A stretch of DNA of 45,619 nt from a virus. Under the pieces are notes generated by a model. That model worked only from the letters and a program-made list of their open reading frames with translations, made no database searches and was not told the origin of the DNA. Below are positions 1-6,788 of the stretch, piece by piece. The stretch lies in the IMG/VR virus record IMGVR_UViG_3300045988_128356; one strand, given 5' to 3'. The first letter of the stretch is position 1; each line of letters opens with the position of its first letter. The translations under genes and the position numbers were made by a program.

Positions 1-43
1 GGGTAAATTTGTACAATTAGTTGCATAGTAACGTCCTGTGGTA
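1..43. repeat. 43-bp terminal direct repeat, identical to 45577..45619; marks circular closure of the contig
   Basis: Base-by-base comparison: gggtaaatttgtacaattagttgcatagtaacgtcctgtggta is present at both ends. Confidence 0.95.
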
Positions 44-101
44 AGCGTTAGGATATCGATGCCTGTTACTGGCTGGAGGCTAATATCGGTTTTTACATCA
101 C
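1..101 (-). other. Silent tail-fibre C-terminal cassette B, 5' part; the reading frame continues across the contig junction into 45576..45247
   Basis: The minus-strand frame is open from site 1 (..TQLNSDL/GDVKTDISLQPVTGIDILTLTTGRYYATNCTNLPTGW..) through the junction to the stop at 45247. Confidence 0.8.
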
Positions 102-124
102 CTAAATCACTATTTAACTGAGTA
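102..124 (-). repeat. Shufflon crossover site 1 (sfx-like), inverted copy of site 0
   Basis: The reverse complement of 102..124 is tactcagttaaatagtgatttag, a 23/23 match to 44900..44922. It contains the 12-bp core atagtgatttag. Confidence 0.85.
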
Positions 125-193
125 ACGAACATGATCGGTGGACGATATAAGGCCCTACCCTTTACAATAATCAGTGAAGGAGGGCTTATTTAT

Positions 194-1213
194 ATGGTAG
201 AGAAGATACTCGAAAATGTAGTCAATGAGATGGCACCGCATCTCAGCCAGGATCAGCTGGAGCACTTAAGCAATGTGCTGTATGTCAATTTCCATGGCCT
301 TGAGGTAGCGGAGCAATGCACAGAGCTGGCAGCTACGGGCGAAGACGGTGACGAGGCAAAGATCCGAATGTTTGTGGCGAGTAAAAAGGCGGTAAACCGG
401 CAGACCAATACGCTTAAGCAATACACCCGGGAGATCTGCAATATGCTGGATTTCCTGGGGAAGCGCTTGGAGGATATTACCGGTATGGATCTGCGGTATT
501 ACTATGGTGTGATGAGGGAGCGCCGCGGCATTAAGATGTCAACGATGCAGACGCGGCTTCATTATTTGTCCAGCTTCTGGGACTTTATGATCACAGAGGA
601 TCTGGTGAGCAGTAATCCAGTTAAAAAGGTAGGTTTATTAAAGATCGAAAAGACAATCAAAAAGCCGTTCTCGGCGGCAGAGATGGAAGCGCTGCGAACC
701 AGCTGCAGCGAGTTGCGGGATCGGGCACTGGTGGAGTTTTTGTATAGTACCGGTGTCCGAGTGTCAGAACTGGTATCGCTTAATGTGAGTGATATTGAGA
801 TGGGAAAGCAAGAATTGATTGTATATGGTAAGGGAAGCAAGGAGAGAAAGACATATTTGACAGATGGTGCAAAGTTTTATCTGCGTCGATATTTACGGAC
901 ACGCTGTGAGAATGAAGGAATAACCATGGAGCAGCTGCAGAGCCGGCCGTTATTTGCTACACTGGACCGGCCACATGGACGCCTGACAGTAGCCGGGGTG
1001 CAGTATATGCTCCGCCAGTTGTGGCGGAGAGCCGGAGTTGAGGGAGTACACCCGCACCGGTTCCGTCGAACAATCGCGACAGATCTTCTAAGCCGAGGAA
1101 TGCCGATCGAACAGGTTAAGGAGTTTCTGGGGCACGAGAAGCTGGACACAACTATGATCTATTGCACTGTAAAAACTGAGAGCGTCCAGGCATCGCACCG
1201 GAAGTACGCATAA
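194..1213 (+). CDS. Tyrosine site-specific recombinase (XerC/XerD/Rci-like), putative shufflon invertase
   Basis: Catalytic signature seen by eye: ..STGVRVSELVSL.., ..HPHRFRRTIATDLL.., ..LGHEKLDTTMIYC... RBS gaaggaggg lies before the ATG at 194; the ORF is also open from the ATG at 131. The gene is flanked by inverted sites 1 and 2. Confidence 0.85.
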   Translation: MVEKILENVVNEMAPHLSQDQLEHLSNVLYVNFHGLEVAEQCTELAATGEDGDEAKIRMFVASKKAVNRQTNTLKQYTREICNMLDFLGKRLEDITGMDLRYYYGVMRERRGIKMSTMQTRLHYLSSFWDFMITEDLVSSNPVKKVGLLKIEKTIKKPFSAAEMEALRTSCSELRDRALVEFLYSTGVRVSELVSLNVSDIEMGKQELIVYGKGSKERKTYLTDGAKFYLRRYLRTRCENEGITMEQLQSRPLFATLDRPHGRLTVAGVQYMLRQLWRRAGVEGVHPHRFRRTIATDLLSRGMPIEQVKEFLGHEKLDTTMIYCTVKTESVQASHRKYA

Positions 1214-1323
1214 AAATCATGCGCGGTAGGCCGATTTAAGCGGGCTTTTCGGGTCGCTTTATTAAGTTTACCCTGATGCATGTATGAGGTCAGGAGACTG
1301 GCAATATGGGGTGAGAAGGCGGG

Positions 1324-1344
1324 CTAAATGATATAGTGATTTAG
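1324..1344 (+). repeat. Shufflon crossover site 2 (sfx-like)
   Basis: ctaaatgatatagtgatttag; its exact reverse complement is at 2036..2056. The core atagtgatttag is at 1333..1344. It shares atagtgatttaggtgat (17 nt) with site 1. Confidence 0.85.
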
Positions 1345-1694
1345 GTGATATTATAAATCGATTATCATCACAGCTGACGACTGTCTCAAATCGATTAGAT
1401 AACGAAACTACATTGGTCCAATTTTATAAGTCAAACGGCACTGTATCTGTGCAGATGTCATTCCAGCTTGGGTGGAGCATAAATAAAGATGTTGCTGATA
1501 TGATTTGTGCAATACCTACTGGTTTTGTACCATCAGCTGCTCGATGGATTAACTCGGATACTAGCAATACTGGGAAGAATATACAGTTTAATGTCAAGCA
1601 GAATGAAAAAGGTGCCTGGTGCCTATATCTGACTGCACTTGATAATCTAACTGCTACGGACCGTATTAACGACAGTTTTATGTACCAATTATAA
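1333..1694 (+). other. Silent tail-fibre C-terminal cassette C (promoterless, in-frame stop just upstream of the core)
   Basis: The frame reads *YSDLGDIINRLSSQLTTVSNRLDNETTLVQFYKSNG..FMYQL*. The SDL codons are in the same phase as in the expressed gene. Confidence 0.8.
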
Positions 1695-1706
1695 TTACTT
1701 ATTAGT

Positions 1707-2047
1707 TCAAGCAATTTGGTAAGATACTATAAGCCGTGCGATTGACCGCTTTGTAAAGTTGCTATCTGCAATTGCTATTTCTCCTTTTGTGTTAATGTAT
1801 GCGTATCCAACCGATTCGATTTTATATATATCCGAGCCGATATAGCACCCGGTCGCAAAATCAGAAGTTGGTGCGTATTCGGCGGGAATCGAAGCAACTA
1901 CATCACCCGCCCCGAATCCAACACTAGAGTACACACCGAGATTAACCGTTACAGTTTTTCCAGAAATTGTAATGTAACCGCGATTACCTTCGGCGGAGTA
2001 TCCAGCTTTAAATGTAGGGGATATATGTTTCCTCGCTAAATCACTAT
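1707..2047 (-). other. Silent tail-fibre C-terminal cassette D (promoterless, in-frame stop upstream of the core)
   Basis: The minus frame reads *YSDLARKHISPTFKAGYSAEGNRGYITISGKTVTVNLGVYSSVGFGAGDVV..SYQIA*. It is convergent with cassette C, with stops 12 nt apart. Confidence 0.8.
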
Positions 2048-2056
2048 ATCATTTAG
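2036..2056 (-). repeat. Shufflon crossover site 3 (sfx-like)
   Basis: ctaaatcactatatcatttag is the exact reverse complement of 1324..1344; the core is at 2036..2047. Confidence 0.85.
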
Positions 2057-2081
2057 TCAACACCATAAAAATGAAAATTCT

Positions 2082-2102
2082 GGCCCTTAAAGGGCCTTTT
2101 TA
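2082..2102 (+). terminator. Rho-independent terminator just outside the invertible region
   Basis: ggccct-taa-agggcc hairpin followed by ttttt. Confidence 0.6.
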
Positions 2103-2134
2103 TATACAAAAAATCAAGAAAGGAAGTAAAAATT

Positions 2135-2875
2135 ATGGAAAAAATCAGAATTGGAAATCAGGAGACTCTTTTTGAGATCGAATCGATCCGCCCGGTATCG
2201 GAAAATGTCATGCAGGTGCTCTTCGCGGACCAGGTACCGACGGAATGGGGAGATATCACCATCTATACGGACGATGGCACGGAAGCAACTACTCTGACAG
2301 GTTATGAAACAGTGTATCGTGATGAGGGCCATACTGTGTACCTGTCTAACGATGGAAGCGTCTACACAGCGCCTGAGACGCCAGAGGGACCGGGAGAACC
2401 GCCGGAGCCATATGTTCCGACACTGGAGGAGTTGCAGGCTACAAAGCGCCGGGAGGTATCCACAGCTTGTCAGCAGATTATCTATCAGGGCATAAATGTT
2501 CCGTTATCAGACGGCAGCACCGACCATTTCGCGTTGACGATCGAAGACCAGCTTAATCTCTTCGGCAAGCAGATTCAGGTAACCTCTGGCGCTGCTCAGA
2601 TTGAGTACCATGCAGACGGCCAGCCATGTCGTTTTTACAGTGCGGCAGATATGCAGGCTATCATTACGGCGGCCATGTGGCACGTTAGCTACCACACGAC
2701 CTATTGCAATGCGATTAATATGTGGATCGCCGGCTGCCAGACTGCTGAAGAGGTACAGGCCATTTTTTATGGCGCAGATGTCCCACCGGCATACCAGTCA
2801 GAGGTGCTGCAGTCATACCTGGCGCAGATCGCTGCAACGGCAGGAGGTGCCGAAGATAATAAGGATCGTGCGTAA
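2135..2875 (+). CDS. Tail-fibre-associated protein, DUF4376-like C-terminal domain
   Basis: RBS aaggaag. The position after the fibre and the C-terminal region (..INVPLSDGSTDHFALTIEDQLNL..AADMQAI..) resemble DUF4376 proteins recalled from memory. Confidence 0.45.
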   Translation: MEKIRIGNQETLFEIESIRPVSENVMQVLFADQVPTEWGDITIYTDDGTEATTLTGYETVYRDEGHTVYLSNDGSVYTAPETPEGPGEPPEPYVPTLEELQATKRREVSTACQQIIYQGINVPLSDGSTDHFALTIEDQLNLFGKQIQVTSGAAQIEYHADGQPCRFYSAADMQAIITAAMWHVSYHTTYCNAINMWIAGCQTAEEVQAIFYGADVPPAYQSEVLQSYLAQIAATAGGAEDNKDRA

Positions 2876-3275
2876 GTATTTTGCATTAATGTGCACCGGC
2901 GGTCTGTTGTATGTAGCTCTGGAGATGGTCTGGCGTGGTCGGAGCCACTGGACCATGTTTTTACTGGGCGGGACTTGCTTTATCTGCCTGGGGCTGATCA
3001 ATGAGATCCTGCCATGGCGCATGGCATTCTGGAAGCAGATCCTAATCGGCGCGGCCATCATAACCGTTCTGGAGTTCCTGACCGGCTGCATAGTCAACCT
3101 GTGGTTGGGCTGGAATATCTGGGATTACAGCGGGCTGTCTGGTAATATACTCGGCCAGATCTGCCCGCAGTATTGCCTTCTGTGGCTGCCGGTAAGCTTG
3201 GCTGGAATCGTCCTGGACGACTGGCTGCGGTACTGGTGGTGGGGTGAGGAGAGGCCGCGGTATAAAATAATATAG
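2868..3275 (+). CDS. Small multi-pass membrane protein (DUF1113/CmpB-like, WDYS motif)
   Basis: Hydrophobic segments and the ..NIWDYSGLSGNILGQICPQY.. motif. Start is GTG 2868 or ATG 2889. The upstream part of ORF 2601.. overlaps the previous gene. Confidence 0.55.
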   Translation: MRKYFALMCTGGLLYVALEMVWRGRSHWTMFLLGGTCFICLGLINEILPWRMAFWKQILIGAAIITVLEFLTGCIVNLWLGWNIWDYSGLSGNILGQICPQYCLLWLPVSLAGIVLDDWLRYWWWGEERPRYKII

Positions 3276-3296
3276 AAGAAAGCGAGAAGAAGATCT

Positions 3297-3752
3297 ATGA
3301 AATTTATCGATAAATACAATGCTGCAGTAGGAGCAGCTGTAACACTATTAACCGCGTTATTCGGCGTTTACTGGTATGTCTTCGCCGGATATCTGCTTTG
3401 TAATATCTTAGACTACATAACCGGCTGGGCTAAGGCCAGGAAGACACATAAGGAGTCGAGCAGTATCGGGATTGTAGGCATTGTTAAGAAGGTAGGATAC
3501 TGGATTATCGTCCTGGTGGCTTTCATGATTCCGGAACTGTTTATCCATCTGGGACAGGACCTCTTAGGCATCAATTTAAGTTTCCTGGCACTGCTGGGGT
3601 GGTTCACCCTGGCGACGCTTCTGATTAATGAGATCCGCAGTATTCTGGAGAATCTGGTGGAATATGGCATTAATGTTCCAGAGTTCCTTATTAAGGGCCT
3701 GGCGATTACGGAAAAGCTTATCAGCGCGGGGGCAGATACTGGAGAAAAATAA
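3297..3752 (+). CDS. Holin (phage_holin_4 / LL-H-TcdE-like)
   Basis: ..LDYITGWAKA..SSSIGIVGIVKKVGYWIIV.. with TM segments, located immediately upstream of the endolysin. Confidence 0.8.
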   Translation: MKFIDKYNAAVGAAVTLLTALFGVYWYVFAGYLLCNILDYITGWAKARKTHKESSSIGIVGIVKKVGYWIIVLVAFMIPELFIHLGQDLLGINLSFLALLGWFTLATLLINEIRSILENLVEYGINVPEFLIKGLAITEKLISAGADTGEK

Positions 3753-3880
3753 TAGTTTCGACTGTCGAAACTCCCGCCGGCAGGGCGAGAGCCGGAGCTG
3801 TTACGATATCGCAACGGTTGTAATATCACAGCTTTTGGGCCTGGGAGAGATCCTAGGCCTTTTTAGATTGGAGGTCAAAT

Positions 3881-4744
3881 ATGAGTAAAACATTGGACAA
3901 GCTTCTTGCTCTGGCAGAGAGCCAGACCGGTTATACCGAGAAGAATAACGATAAGGATTTAGATGCCGCCGTCGGCTCTACGGCCGGTAATGGCAACCAT
4001 ACGAAGTACGCACGGGACTTAACTGCTATGGGCCTTCCTGGCTATTGTGGGGCCGCCTGGTGTGCGGTCTATCAGATGTGGCTGGAGGTTAAGACGATGG
4101 GGAAGGAGCAGGCGCTTAAAACGCTCGGTCCGCAGTTCTATAACTGCTTCGCAGTCCGGGATCATGCCAAAGCCACAGGCAGATGGCTGGCGGCCGGAGC
4201 AACTCCTAAGCCCGGATACCGCGTAATCTTCCGCCAGAGCCATATCGCATTGGTCACCAGAGTGGCCGGCGGAAGAATCTATACCAACGAGGGAAATACC
4301 AGCAACGGGACCGCAGTGGTGCGAAACGGTGGCATGGTGTGCAATAAGTCTTATCCGCTGAAGGATAGTAGTATTCTGGGGTATGTTATGGTGGATTATC
4401 CGGAGGAGCCAGCGGAGCAGCCGAAGAGGTCAGGCTGGAGTCAGGAGGACAGCGGCTGGAAATTTTATAATGGCGACACCGGACAGCCTGTGCGTAATGC
4501 ATGGTACAAGGACGGCCAGGACTGGTACTGGTTCGACGGCGCCGGCATGATGGTCCGTAATACGTGGTATCAATATAAGGACGCCTGGTACTATCTGGGG
4601 GACGATGGAGCCATGTGCAGAGGCCAGGTGACGGTTGATGGAAAGTGGTACATCATGGATAACGCGGGCCGTATGATCGTGGAGCCGGTGGTGTTGATGC
4701 CAGATCAAAATGGAGCGCTGCAGTATCCGGGGCTGGCTGGATAA
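3881..4744 (+). CDS. Endolysin: CHAP-type amidase/peptidase with C-terminal cell-wall-binding (CW_binding_1-like, aromatic GW/YW) repeats
   Basis: N-terminal ..GAAWCAVYQ..SHIALVT..NEGNTS.. and C-terminal repeats ..GWKFYNGDTGQPVRNAWYKDGQDWYWFDGAGMMVRNTWYQYKDAWYYL... Confidence 0.8.
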   Translation: MSKTLDKLLALAESQTGYTEKNNDKDLDAAVGSTAGNGNHTKYARDLTAMGLPGYCGAAWCAVYQMWLEVKTMGKEQALKTLGPQFYNCFAVRDHAKATGRWLAAGATPKPGYRVIFRQSHIALVTRVAGGRIYTNEGNTSNGTAVVRNGGMVCNKSYPLKDSSILGYVMVDYPEEPAEQPKRSGWSQEDSGWKFYNGDTGQPVRNAWYKDGQDWYWFDGAGMMVRNTWYQYKDAWYYLGDDGAMCRGQVTVDGKWYIMDNAGRMIVEPVVLMPDQNGALQYPGLAG

Positions 4745-4752
4745 TAAAAAAG

Positions 4753-4772
4753 GGCGGTCCGAGTGGGCCGCC
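4753..4772. terminator. Bidirectional hairpin terminator between convergent genes
   Basis: ggcggtcc-gagt-gggccgcc stem flanked by an A-run and a T-run. Confidence 0.65.
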
Positions 4773-4943
4773 TTAATTATTTTTCGTATTTGTATCTATG
4801 TCAGTTCTTTTCGAGATGTATTCCTTCAGCACCATATTTATATACTGGCTGAAGGATCTATCATCATTATCTGCCATTTCAGTAATTTTCTCTATAATAT
4901 CCGGATCCAAGGTAATACTGACTTTTGATTTTTTCGGCTTCAT
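4773..4943 (-). CDS. Ribbon-helix-helix (CopG/antitoxin-like) small protein
   Basis: MKPKKSKVSITLDPDIIEKITEMADNDDRSFSQYINMVLKEYI.. is a typical RHH pattern. RBS ggaggaag. Confidence 0.6.
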   Translation of the reverse strand: MKPKKSKVSITLDPDIIEKITEMADNDDRSFSQYINMVLKEYISKRTDIDTNTKNN

Positions 4944-5068
4944 AGTTGTCTTCCTCCATATTTTACAATATAGCATTATATAGGACTCAATATTGTTAAA
5001 TAGGATAAAGTATGATAAAGTAGTATTATATAAAGGCGAGGATTTTATGCTCAAGGGGGGATCAGATT

Positions 5069-5215
5069 ATGAATGAGTTTAAGAAAATTGCAGAGAAGAT
5101 GAGGGAGCGGGGAATTGTGACGAGAGTCCATTATGAGCTGATTGCGCTCCGTGTGCTGAAGGTGGCGGCAGTGCTGCTGATCGGCGCGGGGATTTTGCGG
5201 TTGATGGTAAAATAA
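5069..5215 (+). CDS. 48-aa protein with a C-terminal TM helix
   Basis: RBS aagggggg. MNEFKKIAEKMRERGIVTRVHYELIALRVLKVAAVLLIGAGILRLMVK. A hairpin at 5218..5241 follows. Confidence 0.45.
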   Translation: MNEFKKIAEKMRERGIVTRVHYELIALRVLKVAAVLLIGAGILRLMVK

Positions 5216-5327
5216 ACAGGCGGTTCTATGCGGAGCCGCCTATTGTCATAATTTTATTTTTATGCTATGTTATAAATAGATGGGGGAGCGGTGGCAAGCC
5301 CGCCCTCCCTTGTCTTTACGCTTAAGC

Positions 5328-5471
5328 CTATTCGGGCTTATTTTTTTGTGCCATTTCTCTAACTTCTTGAATTGCTTTTTTGACTTCCTCCATGTCGTTA
5401 CATGCTGAGAATTTGTCTGCCACCAACGTAAGTAATATTTCCATCTGTTTATCTGTCATAATGTCTTCCAT
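5328..5471 (-). CDS. 47-aa hypothetical protein
   Basis: Strong RBS ggaggaaggag; MEDIMTDKQMEILLTLVADKFSACNDMEEVKKAIQEVREMAQKNKPE. It is below the ORF-track length cutoff. Confidence 0.45.
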   Translation of the reverse strand: MEDIMTDKQMEILLTLVADKFSACNDMEEVKKAIQEVREMAQKNKPE

Positions 5472-5566
5472 GTGTTCTCCTTCCTCCGATCTTGCCCCGG
5501 CGATTAGTTAAGATGTTCTTTAACTATCTTTATTATACACTAATTATAGGGTAAAACCAATACATG

Positions 5567-5809
5567 CTAGAAATATTTTATTTTTTCATCATCTGTTGGT
5601 ATTACTTCTATTATATCCCCTGGTTGCAATCTACACATAATACAGATTTTATTTAACGTTTCTAGCGTGATCGACTTACCCTCTTTAATATTACTCATAG
5701 TTTGCTTTGGAAGCAGGTTATCATGTTGTAAACGCGTTTGATTGAAGCCTTGCTTTTTAAGGGCTTCGAATACGTCAATTTTATACCGGATCACTTTATC
5801 ACCTCCCAT
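5567..5809 (-). CDS. XRE-type helix-turn-helix DNA-binding protein
   Basis: ..NQTRLQHDNLLPKQTMSNIKEGKSITLETLNKICIMCRLQPGDII.. HTH pattern. Confidence 0.65.
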   Translation of the reverse strand: MGGDKVIRYKIDVFEALKKQGFNQTRLQHDNLLPKQTMSNIKEGKSITLETLNKICIMCRLQPGDIIEVIPTDDEKIKYF

Positions 5810-5956
5810 TTAATAATAACACACTCAGTCTAAAAGTCAATAAAAAAATAATCTAAAATTAGGGTAAAATACTATTGAAAATAACCTAATAATAGGATGC
5901 AATACAATCATAAAGAACAGAAAATCAAACAGATCATACGAAAGGCGGTAGCTTAT

Positions 5957-6163
5957 ATGACATTTAAAGTAATAGTAACTTATAAGGTACATGATGGTTC
6001 AGTAATGACAAAAGAACTAACAGGAGTTGAAAAAGTTGAAAAGACATGGGAGAAAATCGGTGGTGATAATGTTGAGATCGTTAAGGTATACGAAAATTCT
6101 TGGCAATGGTATACATGGGCGGCCGCTGGAATTTTAAACATTAATATGATAGCAGAGCAATAA
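5957..6163 (+). CDS. Hypothetical protein
   Basis: ORF 5897..6163; the internal ATG at 5957 follows gaaaggcgg. Confidence 0.4.
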   Translation: MTFKVIVTYKVHDGSVMTKELTGVEKVEKTWEKIGGDNVEIVKVYENSWQWYTWAAAGILNINMIAEQ

Positions 6164-6211
6164 ATAAAACCCGCCCCGGTCCGGTAATAGGCCGGGAGAA
6201 AGGAAATAACC

Positions 6212-6433
6212 GTGTATAAATATATGAATTTTTCGACCTACTTAATTGAAATGACGGGCTTGTCGATCTATGATTTCTCGGTGCTGGAATGGGGGCCATT
6301 TACGGAAGCGAAGAATATAGAGACTGTTTATGAATTTCTCCAGGAATGGCTTGAATATGGGCCATCTGAACAGCTAAAAGAAAGAGCCAGGAATGATCTT
6401 GCTGAACGTGGATATATAGAAATGGGAGTATAG
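6212..6433 (+). CDS. Hypothetical protein
   Basis: ORF with an upstream aaagga; no recognisable motif. Confidence 0.4.
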   Translation: MYKYMNFSTYLIEMTGLSIYDFSVLEWGPFTEAKNIETVYEFLQEWLEYGPSEQLKERARNDLAERGYIEMGV

Positions 6434-6555
6434 TAAAGGGCGGCTCATCACCGCCCAATTTTCTGCCTTGCGTCACAACGCGATCCGCAAAACGTTATAT
6501 AAGTATGCTTATTAATCCGCAGGGTGGCAGTTCCCCCATGGCTCCGCCCTGTCTC

Positions 6556-6738
6556 CTACATTAGTCGGTATCTGGTGTCCGACGTTCGTTGCGTCAAAAA
6601 CCACATTGCAGTAATATCCGTATCAAGGATCAGTTCGGCCATCTCACGGGTCTTCTGGTATTTTGCGTTTTGCGCCATTTGTGCATGTCGCTGATACGTC
6701 TCAATTATCTCAAAAAATAGTTCGTCTGTTCTGTTCAT
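6556..6738 (-). CDS. Hypothetical 60-aa protein
   Basis: RBS aagggg; a TATAAT-like -10 lies on the minus strand at 6761..6766. Confidence 0.4.
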   Translation of the reverse strand: MNRTDELFFEIIETYQRHAQMAQNAKYQKTREMAELILDTDITAMWFLTQRTSDTRYRLM

Positions 6739-6788
6739 TTTTCCCCTTCTTTTTCTTATGATTATATTTTACCGGTAATTAATATTAA

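Noticed and set aside
131-1213. The tyrosine recombinase as the phage integrase
   Set aside because: A large serine integrase sits in the canonical position next to the repressor module. The tyrosine enzyme is embedded among inverted repeats inside the tail-fibre cassettes, which fits an invertase better.
2601-2867. N-terminal 89 codons of ORF 2601..3275
   Set aside because: They overlap the DUF4376-like gene in another frame and encode an Arg/Ser/Cys-rich, non-protein-like sequence. The membrane protein most likely starts at 2868 or 2889.
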